Assembly: GCA_037968475.1 (NCBI GenBank)
Contig: JBBKVO010000024.1
Location: 68,067-132,066 of the forward strand
Source: Bacteroidia bacterium
GTDB lineage: Bacteria; Bacteroidota; Bacteroidia; UBA8524
Reading direction: 5' to 3'
Length of the DNA: 64,000 nt
Shown: one piece after another, positions 1-10,458 of the stretch
How positions within the stretch are numbered: position 1 is the stretch's first letter
How the letters are laid out: each line of letters opens with the position of its first letter
The notes under the pieces: model-generated
The model's database searches: none
Seen by the model: the letters and a program-made list of their open reading frames with translations, nothing else
Told to the model about the DNA's origin: nothing
Position numbers and translations under genes: made by a program

Positions 1-3000
1 CAGGTTTAAAACCACTTGGAGGTATGATACCGAAGCGACTTTTGATTTCGATAATCAGATAAACTTAAACTGGCAGGGTAAAGAAGACGATATAATAAAA
101 AATGTACAATTGGGTAATGTAAGCCTGCCCCTAAACAGCAGCCTTATACAAGGTGGGCAAAGTTTGTTTGGTGCATTGCTGCAAATGCAGTTTGGCCGAT
201 TGATGGTTACCACCATATTTACCCAACAACGCGGGCAAACAACAGAAACCGAAGTAACAGGGGGCGCACAAGTAACCCAATTTGATATACAGGCAGATAA
301 CTACGATGTAAACCGCCACTATTTCCTTAGTCATTATTTCGCTGATAATTACAACCAATGGTGTAGTACATCACCCTTTATTAGTTCGCCTATACTTATT
401 ACCAACGTACAAGTTTGGGTAACCAATCGTACAGGTATATTTGATAACACTCGCGATGTTTTGGCATTTATGGATATGGGCGAACGTAACCCATTTAATA
501 ACACTTGGAATATACCCTCAGGCCCCGTAAACGCTGATAATAGCTCAAACAGCTTATACAACACCTTTCAGTTTGATGATTTAGCACGCCAATCAAACGA
601 AGCAGTAAAACACTTGCGCCAAGATAAAGGCTTAGACCCTATACAAGATTTTCAGTTGCTAAACAATGCCCGCCAGCTTAATACTAACGAGTATACCGTA
701 AACCCTCGATTGGGTTATATATCGCTAAACCAGGCACTTAATAATGACGAGATTTTGGCTGTAGCATTTGAGTATACCCTAAATGGAAAAAGCTATAAAG
801 TGGGTGAGTTTGCCCGCGAAATTTCATCGCCCGACCCAAATAAACCCAATGCCTTGATGCTGAAAATGCTGAAAGGAACTACCATTACCACCAGTTTGCC
901 TATTTGGGATTTGATGATGAAAAACATCTACTCACTAGGTTCATTCAGCGTACAAAAAGAGCAGTTTAAGCTAAATATAATATATGCCGATGATCCATCA
1001 AACGCTGATTTGAATTATATCCCTGCCAAAAACGAACCTAATTTTATAGGCGTTCCATTAGTACAAGTATTAAATCTTGATAAAGTAAACACCCAAGGCG
1101 AAGCAACACCCGACGGTGTTTTTGATTTTATAGAAGGGCTTACCATTAATACATCAAACGGTCGTGTAATATTTCCCGTTCGTGAACCTTTTGGCGATTT
1201 TCTGCGAAGCAAGTTTCAAGACCCTGCCAATGCTGAGTATTATGCCTACGATGCCCTTTACGATTCAACCAAGTGGCTGGCACAACAAGAAGTATTAAAA
1301 AATAAGTTCTTTTTACGAGGCAGTTACCAAGGCTCGTCAAATTCCGAAATTTCACTTAATGCCATTAACGTCCCGCAGGGTTCGGTGCGGGTTACTGCCA
1401 ATGGTACTTTGCTTACAGAAGGAACTGATTATATAGTTGACTATACTATTGGGCGTGTCAAAATATTAAATACAGGTATACTTAATTCAGGAGCAGTAAT
1501 AAAGGTATCATCAGAAAATAACAACCTATTTAGTATACAGCAAAAAACCCTGATAGGTGCCCGCTTTGATTACAAGGTTGATAAAGACTTTATTATTGGC
1601 GGTACGGTGATGCACTTGTACGAGCGCCCTATTACCCCAAAAGTAAATATTGGCGAAGAACCTATACTAAATACAGTAGTAGGAGTTGATGGTAGTATTC
1701 GCCGCGAATCGCGAACACTAACCCGTTTGATTGATCGTTTGCCGTTTATTAGTACCAAAGAACCATCAAACTTTCAGTTCAGTTTTGAGGGAGCAAAACT
1801 GTTTCCACACAATCCTAAAACCATCGGTCAACGAGGTACAGCTTTTATTGATGATTTTGAAGCCAGTGAAACCCCGTTTGATTTGCGCCTAGGCGCACCA
1901 TGGTACGTAGCCAGTACGCCCGAAGGGCAACCCGATCTTTTTCCTGAAACACAAAACACAGCCAATGCCTTAGGTTTTGGTTATAAAAGAGCGCGACTGG
2001 CATGGTACTCGCTTGACCCTATTTTCTTCCGCGATCAACAAGGAAGTAATCCGCCTACGCCTCCCAACTTAGCGGGTTCAAGCAACGCTTCAAAACGTTC
2101 AAACCACTACACCCGTGAGGTATTGCAAACAGAGGTTTTCCCTAACCGCCAATTGCAACAAGGTGTGCCTCAAAATATGCCTACTTTCGATTTGGCATAC
2201 TATCCATACATTCGTGGTCAATACAACTACACTGTTGATGGTATAAATGCTGATGGGGAAATGAAAGACCCAAAATCAAGCTGGGGTGGTATTATGCGCC
2301 GCATTGACCAAAACGATTTTGAAGCGGCTAATATTGACTATGTAGAGATATGGATGATGGATCCGTTTTTGCCCGGCCAAAACGGTACAGTACAAGACGG
2401 TAAATTCAACTCAAACAATCTTTCAGGTGGTTCGCTATACCTAAACTTAGGCTCTGTATCAGAAGATGTATTGCGCGATACCCGTAAAAGTTACGAAAAC
2501 GGTTTGCCCACACCTTCATCAACACAACAATTAACGGATGAAACGGAATGGGCAAGAGTACCCAATGTGCCCACGCTAAACAATGCGTTTGATGCCGACC
2601 CTGCCGCACGCGAAGCTCAAGACGTTGGATTAGATGGTTTTAATGATAACGACGAACGAGCACATTTTAGCCAGTATTTAGATACATTGCGCCAAATATT
2701 CGGAGCAACATCACAAGCATATTTAAAAGCAGCAGAAGACCCTTCGGGAGATAACTACCAATTTCACAGTAGCAAAAATTTCAACAATCAAAATGCAGGC
2801 GCGCTTGAGCGTTACCAGAAAATAAACGGGCAAGAAGGAAACTCAAAACTTGCTACCTTCCAACCCGATGGTTACCCTGTTACCCGCACCAATTTACCCG
2901 ATGATGAGGATATTAACCGCGATTATAGCTTAAACATAAACGAGCAATACTATCAGTATAAAATAGATCTTAAGCCCAACTCGCTTATAGTAGGGCAAAA

Positions 3001-6000
3001 CTATGTTACCGATAGTGCCTCGGTACCTGTGAAACTGGAAAACGGTGATGTTGAAAATGTTACTTGGTATCAACTGCGTATACCCGTAAACTCTTGGAGT
3101 AAAAAAATAGGCGGTATTAGCGATTTTAAATCTATTCGTTTCGCACGTTTGTTTGTAAAAGATTTTGACCAACCCATTGTATTACGTTTTGCACAAATGC
3201 AATTGGTACGTGCTGATTGGAGAAGGTATACAAAACCTCTTTCGGTGGGTGTGCCGGGTGTACCGGGTTCGCCTAGTGATAATACAGCGTTCTCAGTATC
3301 AACAGTAAATATCGAAGAGAACTCTACCCGTGTTCCTGTAAACTATACCCTGCCTCCGGGTTTCTTCCGTGAGCAAGATGTAACAACACCAAACAACGTG
3401 CAACAAAACGAGCAATCGGTATCCGTACGTTTTTGCAATCTACAAGAAGGCGATGCTAGGGGTATATTTAAAACCACTCGTTTTGATATCCGTAACTACA
3501 AGCATTTACGTATGTTCGTTCATGCCGAAGGGGAAAGTCAAGGCCTGCGTAATGGAGATGTTAAAGCCTTTATACGTTTAGGTACGGATTTAGAAAATAA
3601 CTACTACGAGTACGAGCTGCCACTTTTGGTAACGCCTGATAAAAGCCGCGATGCGCAGCAAGTGTGGCCTACTGAAAATGAGATAAACATAGCCCTTGAA
3701 GAGTTTTATTTAGCTAAGCAATTGCGCCAAAATGCCAATGCCCCACAAAACCAAGATTTTGTATACGATTTGGGTGGCGGAAAACGTATTACACTTAGAG
3801 GTGTGCCCGATTTGAGTAACGTGCGTGTAATAATGCTTGGTGTGCGCAACCCCGCTAAGTTTGATAACCCGTCGGGAGATGATGGTTTAGCAAAATGTGG
3901 TGAGATATGGTTTAATGAGTTACGTGTGGTTGAGTTTAATAACCAAGGCGGTGAGGCTGCTACTGCACGTTTAGTAACCAAACTGGCCGATTTGGGAACT
4001 TTCACCATATCGGGAAACTATCAATCTATTGGTTGGGGCGGTATTGATAAAAAACTGAATGATCGTAACCTTAACGAGATAATGCTGTACGATATGCAAA
4101 CCTCGTTAGAGTTGGGCAAGTTTTTCCCTGCTAAGTGGGGCGTAACAATACCTTTCTTTATGCAACGCGGTGAGCAGTTTATACGCCCTAAGTATAACCC
4201 GCTAAACCCTGATATTTTGCTTACAACCACTATTAAAACATCTAAAAGTGAGCAAGAAAAGCAAGAAATTATATCGGCAGCACAAGATTATACATCCAGA
4301 CGTAGTTTTAACTTTACCAATGTGCGTAAAAACCGTACTGGTGGTGGCAAACCACAGATATGGGACATTGAGAATTTTAACTTTACCTTCTCTTTTCAAG
4401 AAGTATTTAGACGAAACCAGCAAATTGCTGCCAGCTTACAACGCACATGGCGTGGTAGTGGGGGATATACTTTTGCTACGGGAGCGAAAAATATAGAACC
4501 ATTAAAGAAAATAATGAAGCCAAAGAAATGGTTGGCTTTGGTACGCGATTTCAACTTTACGCCTTACCCTCAAAGCTTCTCGGTAAGGGCTGATGCTGAC
4601 CGTTATTATTCAAGGACAATAAACCGAAATAATGACGACCCCAATACCATCGTCCCCATTTTGTACGATAAAAACTTCACCATGAATAGGGTGTATGATG
4701 TACGCTGGGATTTAACAAAAAGCCTTAAACTTGACTACCAAGCTACCTCTAATGCCCGTATTGATGAGCCAACAGGCAGGATTGATAAAAGCGAAGACCC
4801 ACACAAGATAGATACTATACAAAACAACTTTATCAACTTGGGGCGTACTACTAATTATACCCAAATAACCAACGTAAACTATACACTACCTCTAAACAAA
4901 ATACCTGTTTTAGATTGGGTAACGGCCAGCACACGATACACTGCCAATTATGGTTGGGTAACAGCACCACCTGCTATAAAAAGTTTAGGAAATACCATAC
5001 AAAACTCACAAAACTACTCGTATACAGGCCAGTTTAATATGGTTAACCTGTACAATAAAATACCTGCACTGCGCCGTATAAATCAAAACCAAAACAATAC
5101 TCCCAAACCAAAAGTTGAAGAGGAGGAAGAGGAAGATGATGGCAAAGGCGGTAAGAGGAAGAAAAAGAAGAAAACCGAATCGCCCCTAAAAGGTTTTGGT
5201 ACTGCTTTGGCAAAAACCTTAATGATGCTTAAAAACGCATCGTTTACCTCTACATCAACAAAAGGAACCACACTACCGGGCTTTAGGCACACCCCATTGT
5301 ATTTGGGTAATGATGCCGAACGGAATGCACCGGGTTGGGATTTTGTTTTTGGTAGCCAAGACCCTGCGGTACGTTATCGATTGGCTCAAGAAGGTTTTTT
5401 AAGTACCGATACGCTTCAAAATAATTACTTTACCCAAACCAGCCGAAAAGATTTTACGGCCAGTGCCACGTTAGAGCCTTTTAAAGATTTTAGAGTAGAG
5501 TTGCGATTCTCTCGAAACCAAACCGAAAACCAGCAAAGTGTATTTAAGTACGATGAAGCGGTGAAAGGTTATAACGATTTCGGTTTCCAGCAAACTGGTA
5601 GTTTCCAAATTGGTATATCTACACTGCGTACCACGCTGGAGAAAAAAGCGACCAATACCAGTTCTAAATCATTCGATCAGTTTTTAAATAATCGTTTTGT
5701 AATTGCACAACGCTATGCTGCCGAAGATCCTCGTTCGGTAGGAGCCACACAAAGCGGTTTCCCTAAAGGCTATACCAACAAAAACCAAGATGTGCTTATA
5801 TCTTCTTTTGTATCAGCATACACAGGCAAAAATGCACAAGGCCAGAGGCTGGATTTATTCCCTAAAATGCCTTTCCCTTCAATACGTATTAACTACAATG
5901 GGCTAAGCCGTATGAAGGCAATTAAAAAATATGCCAGTAGCGTAACATTGTCATCGTTCTATAGCTCAACCTATAATATACCTCAGTATATGACTATTTT

Positions 6001-6547
6001 GAGTCGTAACGACACAGCGGTAAGCAATTTGGATAGTAACTTCTTCCCCAAATACGAAATACGCTCTGTAACAATTCAAGAGAGCTTTAACCCGCTTATC
6101 AGGATTGATATCACCTTCTTGAACAACATTACTACCAACTTGGAGTATAAATCGTCGCGTAATATCTCACTATCACTATTCAACTTTATGATGGTTGAAA
6201 CTCGAAACTCAGAGTTTGTGATTGGTTTTGGTTATCGAGCCAAAGAAATATACCTTCCATTTAAAGTTCGTGGACGTAAACCCTACTTGAAAAACGATTT
6301 GAATGTTCGTATGGATTTCTCTATACGCGATGTGGTAACCATAACCCGCAATGTGCAAACCTTGCAAACTATACCCACACAAGGGCAACGTATTATATCT
6401 ATAAAACCACAAATAGATTATATGCTGAACGAGAAACTAAACTTACGTTTCTACTACGACAGAAGGGTAACCAAGCCGGCTACGTCGAACGCCTTCCCTA
6501 CGGCTATTACGCAAGGGGGTATATCACTACGCTATACACTACAATAA
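1..6547 (+). CDS. sprA: Giant cell-surface/outer-membrane protein, probable T9SS translocon/gliding protein SprA. It is 5'-truncated by the window edge: the reading frame is open from nt 2 and the ORF track starts at an internal TTG at nt 110.
   Basis: The 2145-aa ORF has no stop upstream in frame back to the window start. Composition is N/T/Y/G-rich and beta-rich, typical of the Bacteroidetes giant barrel SprA (about 2400 aa). T9SS-sorted cargo genes lie nearby in the window. Strong hairpin terminators follow the stop. Confidence 0.65.
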   Translation, partial: RFKTTWRYDTEATFDFDNQINLNWQGKEDDIIKNVQLGNVSLPLNSSLIQGGQSLFGALLQMQFGRLMVTTIFTQQRGQTTETEVTGGAQVTQFDIQADNYDVNRHYFLSHYFADNYNQWCSTSPFISSPILITNVQVWVTNRTGIFDNTRDVLAFMDMGERNPFNNTWNIPSGPVNADNSSNSLYNTFQFDDLARQSNEAVKHLRQDKGLDPIQDFQLLNNARQLNTNEYTVNPRLGYISLNQALNNDEILAVAFEYTLNGKSYKVGEFAREISSPDPNKPNALMLKMLKGTTITTSLPIWDLMMKNIYSLGSFSVQKEQFKLNIIYADDPSNADLNYIPAKNEPNFIGVPLVQVLNLDKVNTQGEATPDGVFDFIEGLTINTSNGRVIFPVREPFGDFLRSKFQDPANAEYYAYDALYDSTKWLAQQEVLKNKFFLRGSYQGSSNSEISLNAINVPQGSVRVTANGTLLTEGTDYIVDYTIGRVKILNTGILNSGAVIKVSSENNNLFSIQQKTLIGARFDYKVDKDFIIGGTVMHLYERPITPKVNIGEEPILNTVVGVDGSIRRESRTLTRLIDRLPFISTKEPSNFQFSFEGAKLFPHNPKTIGQRGTAFIDDFEASETPFDLRLGAPWYVASTPEGQPDLFPETQNTANALGFGYKRARLAWYSLDPIFFRDQQGSNPPTPPNLAGSSNASKRSNHYTREVLQTEVFPNRQLQQGVPQNMPTFDLAYYPYIRGQYNYTVDGINADGEMKDPKSSWGGIMRRIDQNDFEAANIDYVEIWMMDPFLPGQNGTVQDGKFNSNNLSGGSLYLNLGSVSEDVLRDTRKSYENGLPTPSSTQQLTDETEWARVPNVPTLNNAFDADPAAREAQDVGLDGFNDNDERAHFSQYLDTLRQIFGATSQAYLKAAEDPSGDNYQFHSSKNFNNQNAGALERYQKINGQEGNSKLATFQPDGYPVTRTNLPDDEDINRDYSLNINEQYYQYKIDLKPNSLIVGQNYVTDSASVPVKLENGDVENVTWYQLRIPVNSWSKKIGGISDFKSIRFARLFVKDFDQPIVLRFAQMQLVRADWRRYTKPLSVGVPGVPGSPSDNTAFSVSTVNIEENSTRVPVNYTLPPGFFREQDVTTPNNVQQNEQSVSVRFCNLQEGDARGIFKTTRFDIRNYKHLRMFVHAEGESQGLRNGDVKAFIRLGTDLENNYYEYELPLLVTPDKSRDAQQVWPTENEINIALEEFYLAKQLRQNANAPQNQDFVYDLGGGKRITLRGVPDLSNVRVIMLGVRNPAKFDNPSGDDGLAKCGEIWFNELRVVEFNNQGGEAATARLVTKLADLGTFTISGNYQSIGWGGIDKKLNDRNLNEIMLYDMQTSLELGKFFPAKWGVTIPFFMQRGEQFIRPKYNPLNPDILLTTTIKTSKSEQEKQEIISAAQDYTSRRSFNFTNVRKNRTGGGKPQIWDIENFNFTFSFQEVFRRNQQIAASLQRTWRGSGGYTFATGAKNIEPLKKIMKPKKWLALVRDFNFTPYPQSFSVRADADRYYSRTINRNNDDPNTIVPILYDKNFTMNRVYDVRWDLTKSLKLDYQATSNARIDEPTGRIDKSEDPHKIDTIQNNFINLGRTTNYTQITNVNYTLPLNKIPVLDWVTASTRYTANYGWVTAPPAIKSLGNTIQNSQNYSYTGQFNMVNLYNKIPALRRINQNQNNTPKPKVEEEEEEDDGKGGKRKKKKKTESPLKGFGTALAKTLMMLKNASFTSTSTKGTTLPGFRHTPLYLGNDAERNAPGWDFVFGSQDPAVRYRLAQEGFLSTDTLQNNYFTQTSRKDFTASATLEPFKDFRVELRFSRNQTENQQSVFKYDEAVKGYNDFGFQQTGSFQIGISTLRTTLEKKATNTSSKSFDQFLNNRFVIAQRYAAEDPRSVGATQSGFPKGYTNKNQDVLISSFVSAYTGKNAQGQRLDLFPKMPFPSIRINYNGLSRMKAIKKYASSVTLSSFYSSTYNIPQYMTILSRNDTAVSNLDSNFFPKYEIRSVTIQESFNPLIRIDITFLNNITTNLEYKSSRNISLSLFNFMMVETRNSEFVIGFGYRAKEIYLPFKVRGRKPYLKNDLNVRMDFSIRDVVTITRNVQTLQTIPTQGQRIISIKPQIDYMLNEKLNLRFYYDRRVTKPATSNAFPTAITQGGISLRYTLQ

Positions 6548-6699
6548 AACCAAATGAACTTTTTTATAGGGGTGGCTTTGCAAAAAGCTACCCTTTTTTG
6601 TTGCTTTTTGGTGATAGGATTTAAAATCCTATCACTGTAATTTAATGTGAGGGATAAGAAATTGCATTTACAGCGGGTTAAAACCCACTGCTGTTTCTA

Positions 6700-6745
6700 T
6701 TACAGCCCGCAAGACGACTTAAGTCGTCTTGCGGGCTGTAATTTT
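6700..6745 (+). terminator. Rho-independent terminator after the sprA-like gene: a perfect 18-bp inverted repeat (ttacagcccgcaagacgac / gtcgtcttgcgggctgtaa) followed by a T-run. A second hairpin (gtgataggatt/aatcctatcac) lies at 6611-6638.
   Basis: The inverted repeat and the following T tract are seen directly in the sequence. Confidence 0.5.
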
Positions 6746-6912
6746 CGATAGAATAGGTTTTTAACCCTATTTAAAAAAACATTAATATTCTTATAAACTA
6801 ATTTAAGGAGCAGAGGGTTTTATACCCATAGAAAGAGAATACAGTTAAAATAATAGGGGAGTGTTTTAAGCGGAATAGAAAGCAATACCCGCTAATAAAA
6901 ATAGCAAAGCTA

Positions 6913-7041
6913 TTACTTATGTGGGGTAGCTTGTTTTTCCCAAGTAGGGCAGTTACAGCCTTTTGCCGAACGGCAAGAAGATACAGAAGCCATAAAACCT
7001 ACTACTAAAACCACTACTGCTATTATTCTAATTCGTTTCAT
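6913..7041 (-). CDS. Small unannotated ORF (42 aa, MKRIRIIAVVVLVVGFMASVSSCRSAKGCNCPTWEKQATPHK). It has a signal/lipobox-like N-terminus and a Cys-rich tail.
   Basis: ATG to TAA on the minus strand in the sprA-dedA intergenic region. It is below the 60-aa cutoff of the ORF track. The hydrophobic N-terminus followed by SSC resembles a lipoprotein signal. Confidence 0.25.
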   Translation of the reverse strand: MKRIRIIAVVVLVVGFMASVSSCRSAKGCNCPTWEKQATPHK

Positions 7042-7154
7042 TGTGTACTGTTTTAACGCAAAAAACGCGCCTGTTTGCATAAGCAATCGGTAAAAATAAT
7101 ACTACTTGGGCAGGTTTGTGCTAAAATTGACGTAAAATTGCCCAAATTTTCACA

Positions 7155-7802
7155 ATGGATTACCTTAAAGACTTCCTCGATTTTTTCTTACACCTTGATG
7201 ATAAACTGTTGCTAATGATACAAGAGTATGGCAACTGGGTGTACGCCATTTTGTTTGCTATAATTTTTGTAGAAACAGGGCTTATTGTAATGCCTTTTCT
7301 TCCCGGTGATTCACTACTATTTGCCGCAGGTGCTTTTGCCGCCGCAGGCGATTTGAATATAGTATACATTATACTATTATTGTTTGTAGCTGCTGTACTG
7401 GGTGATACCTTAAACTACTCGGTAGGGAAACAACTAGGCGTTAGAGCTACCAAAATAAAACTATTTGGCCGTAACTTGGTAAAACAAGAGCATTTGGATA
7501 AAACCCATGCTTTTTACGAAAAATATGGCCCCAAAGCCATTATAATAGCCCGTTTTGTACCCATAGTGCGCACGTTTGCTCCTTTTGTGGCGGGCGTAGG
7601 CAGTATGACGTACGGAAAGTTTATTACCTATAATATAGTAGGTGGTGCTTTGTGGGTAGCCGGTGTTAGCATGGTGGGTTATATATTTGGGCAAACTGCT
7701 TGGGTAAAAGAAAATTTTGAGATAGTAGTATTTGGTATCATATTCATTTCTATTGTGCCTATAATTTTTGAGTTTGTAAAGCATCGTTTAGCAAAAAAAT
7801 AA
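7155..7802 (+). CDS. dedA: DedA/VTT-family (SNARE-associated) inner-membrane protein
   Basis: 215 aa. Motifs GLIVMPFLPGDSLLFAAG and ARFVPIVRTFAPFVAG are typical of the DedA family. Confidence 0.75.
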   Translation: MDYLKDFLDFFLHLDDKLLLMIQEYGNWVYAILFAIIFVETGLIVMPFLPGDSLLFAAGAFAAAGDLNIVYIILLLFVAAVLGDTLNYSVGKQLGVRATKIKLFGRNLVKQEHLDKTHAFYEKYGPKAIIIARFVPIVRTFAPFVAGVGSMTYGKFITYNIVGGALWVAGVSMVGYIFGQTAWVKENFEIVVFGIIFISIVPIIFEFVKHRLAKK

Positions 7803-7803
7803 T

Positions 7804-8556
7804 ATGCAACTGGGGCTAATTGGTTTCCCTTTGGAGCATTCACGTTCTCCTGAAATTTTTGCCCGTTTTTTTGATGAAGAGCGGGTAAAGGGGGCAAGCT
7901 ATAAGCGCTATCCGCTTGAAGATATCACCACGCTGCGTAGTTGGCTTAAAAGCCTTCCCAATCTTGTTGGTTTTAACGTTACTATACCGCATAAAAAGAG
8001 CATTATCCCAATGCTTGATTGGGTGGCCGATGAAGCATTAGCCATAGGTGCTGTAAACACCGTAAAAGTGGTGCAACAAGAGGGTAAAACAAAGCTACAC
8101 GGCTACAATACCGATTATTACGGTTTTGCTACCACCCTAAAACAGTTTTTAGGCGATTACAGCCCACAAAGGGCTTTAGTGTTAGGCACAGGCGGTAGCG
8201 CCAATACAATTGCGTATACACTGGCAAAAATGGGCATAGCGTACACAAAAGTATCGCGCAATAGCAGTGCTGATGCGCCAATGACGTATGATGATATTTC
8301 AAACCAAACAATAGCCCAAACTCAGCTTATAATAAATACTACCCCATTGGGTATGTACCCCTTTATAAAATCGTTTCCTAAACTACCATACGATGCGCTA
8401 ACACCACAGCACTATTTGTACGATTTGGTGTATAATCCTTTAGAAACCATGTTTTTGCAAAAGGGCGCAGCGTTTGGCGCAAACATACAAACAGGTATAG
8501 CCATGCTAGAGTTACAAGCACGCAAGGCTTGGGAGATTTGGAAAGCAAGCAAGTAG
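7804..8556 (+). CDS. aroE: Shikimate 5-dehydrogenase
   Basis: 250 aa. N-terminal LGLIGFPLEHSRSPEIF substrate-binding motif and a GTGGSA Rossmann motif. Confidence 0.85.
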   Translation: MQLGLIGFPLEHSRSPEIFARFFDEERVKGASYKRYPLEDITTLRSWLKSLPNLVGFNVTIPHKKSIIPMLDWVADEALAIGAVNTVKVVQQEGKTKLHGYNTDYYGFATTLKQFLGDYSPQRALVLGTGGSANTIAYTLAKMGIAYTKVSRNSSADAPMTYDDISNQTIAQTQLIINTTPLGMYPFIKSFPKLPYDALTPQHYLYDLVYNPLETMFLQKGAAFGANIQTGIAMLELQARKAWEIWKASK

Positions 8557-8559
8557 TGG

Positions 8560-9276
8560 CTAAAGAATCTCGAACCGTACTATAATAGAGTAGCGTATGG
8601 TAACAAAAGTGCCTATACTCTTTTCTTGCTTCATTTTTTCAAGAAACAAATTCATTAGGGCGCTATCTGTTGTATTTGCACCTGTATTTTCGGTAATAGA
8701 AAGTACTTTTCCCAGTTTATCGCCATTCAATTCAACAATAGGTGTAGCTTGGTCTTTGGCTTTTTGCATGGCTTTTAAGGCAAGCGTATTTTTATAATGG
8801 TCAGTCTTACTGTTTTTGTACGAGGCAAGTTTTACTCGTTGTCCTCCTAAAGAGTCTATACCGTGTAATATGGCTATGGGATGGGTTATTTTTTTCAGTG
8901 TCAGAACAAATTTCTTATTATTTCTTCCATTTGAGTAAAGACTAGAATAATCAAAAACTTCAGTACCCGGCATTGTGGCAATCAAGTGGTTATTAGTAAT
9001 TCCATTTTTTGTTAAAAAAGCTCGTATTTCTTTTTCTTGCTGCTCAATGGGTTTCTTTTTGGGTTCTACCTTCAAAAAATCAGTCGTTCCTTTTTCTACT
9101 ATAGTGGTAATCTGTGCTTCATCATCTCTGTCAGAAGATGTAAGATAAAACTCAAAAGTAAACTCATCGGCTTCAACCTCCATTTCTTCAGTGGCTACTA
9201 CCTCAATATAACGTTGGGCATAGGTTGTTGCGGGTATTATCAAGCCCAAAAAAAGAATAAGCAGTAGTTTTTTCAT
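8560..9276 (-). CDS. SIMPL (DUF541) domain periplasmic protein with a signal peptide
   Basis: 238 aa with a signal peptide. The pattern matches the YggE/SIMPL layout (IEVVATEEMEVEADEFTFEF ... IVELNGDKLGKVLSITE ... C-terminal beta strand). Confidence 0.5.
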   Translation of the reverse strand: MKKLLLILFLGLIIPATTYAQRYIEVVATEEMEVEADEFTFEFYLTSSDRDDEAQITTIVEKGTTDFLKVEPKKKPIEQQEKEIRAFLTKNGITNNHLIATMPGTEVFDYSSLYSNGRNNKKFVLTLKKITHPIAILHGIDSLGGQRVKLASYKNSKTDHYKNTLALKAMQKAKDQATPIVELNGDKLGKVLSITENTGANTTDSALMNLFLEKMKQEKSIGTFVTIRYSIIVRFEIL

Positions 9277-9282
9277 AATACT

Positions 9283-10320
9283 TTAGTGTATAGTGTAATC
9301 CATCTCGCGCTGTTTCTGCACAAATTCATCGTTATAAATACGTAGCAACAAAATAAACATCGATACCAGCAAAGGACCAAATACCAAGCCTATAAAACCA
9401 AACAGGTTTACCCCAATTATTACCCCAAACATAGTGATTAGTGGGTGTACATCGGCCATACGTTTTTGTAGCATTAGCCTAAAAACATTATCAATGTTTA
9501 TTATTATCCCGGCACCAAAGGCAAACAGAGTAATACCTTGCCACTCTTGCCCATTAAAATACAGGTATAATGCCAAAGGAAACCAAACAGCAGTACTTCC
9601 AATTACGGGCAGCATTGATGCAAATGCCGTTACCGAGCCCCACAATAAAGGGTCGGGTACACCTAAAACCCAATAGGCAATAAAGGCAAAGATGGCTTGT
9701 ATAATAGCCAGCAAGGGTATACCAATAGCGTTGGATAATACCATGCTATTTATCTCTATACCAATTTTTTTCACGTTTTCTTCTCTAAGGGGCACATACT
9801 CATACAGCCAACGTTCCATTTCGCGCCCGTTGGTTAGCATAAAGTACAATACAAAGTATAGCAAGGCCACAATTAGCATAGTATCCATAGTAGCCAGTAA
9901 AATATTAGGCACTATGTTGCCTATCATTTCGGGCAAGCGTTCAAGGTTTTTGTCGCTCATCAAATCAATATCCAGCTTTGTATTAAGGGTAGTAATAAAA
10001 CCCTGCACTTTGCTCAGCCATAAATCAGGGTTTTCGAGCAAAACACTCAACTTGTTATACAATTGCTTTAGTAATAATGAAGTAGGCAGCAGAATAATAA
10101 TAAACGATAGTGTCATTATGGTAAGTGCTGCAAGGGTTTTGCTCCATTTCTTTTTTAGGGTTAGAAAAAACATAAATTTTCTAAACAGCACATAAAATGT
10201 AATAGCACCCAACAAGGCCGAAACAAACGGATATACTTCTAAAGAAATTATAAACCCCAAGCCGCCTATTAGCATAAGAAAGAATATTTGGCGTAAGCGG
10301 TTATTATCAAGGTTGGCCAT
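9283..10320 (-). CDS. AI-2E family transporter (UPF0118/PerM-like)
   Basis: 345 aa polytopic protein with the characteristic C-terminal half (MLPVIGSTAVWFPLALYLYF ... VFGPLLVSMF). It lies directly upstream of the SIMPL gene and is co-oriented with it. Confidence 0.75.
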   Translation of the reverse strand: MANLDNNRLRQIFFLMLIGGLGFIISLEVYPFVSALLGAITFYVLFRKFMFFLTLKKKWSKTLAALTIMTLSFIIILLPTSLLLKQLYNKLSVLLENPDLWLSKVQGFITTLNTKLDIDLMSDKNLERLPEMIGNIVPNILLATMDTMLIVALLYFVLYFMLTNGREMERWLYEYVPLREENVKKIGIEINSMVLSNAIGIPLLAIIQAIFAFIAYWVLGVPDPLLWGSVTAFASMLPVIGSTAVWFPLALYLYFNGQEWQGITLFAFGAGIIINIDNVFRLMLQKRMADVHPLITMFGVIIGVNLFGFIGLVFGPLLVSMFILLLRIYNDEFVQKQREMDYTIH

Positions 10321-10458
10321 AGTAGTGTTTTATCCTGTGTGTACAGATATGTAAGTAAATATAATAGAAAAAAGCAAGTTGCCGATACAAAATAGCAGTA
10401 ATTTTGATTTAGGTATAAGCCTTTCAATTAAAATCTAAACAAGAAAAAAGAGTATTTT

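Noticed and set aside
131-6412. Numerous 60-110 aa minus-strand and off-frame ORFs inside the SprA-like gene (e.g. 131-358, 3706-4008, 4248-4496)
   Set aside because: They lie entirely within a long, well-supported ORF on the other strand or frame and have biased composition. They are treated as non-coding.
9434-10195. Plus-strand ORFs (80 and 167 aa) inside the AI-2E transporter gene
   Set aside because: They are antisense to a well-supported membrane-protein gene and have low-complexity Ser/Ile-rich composition.
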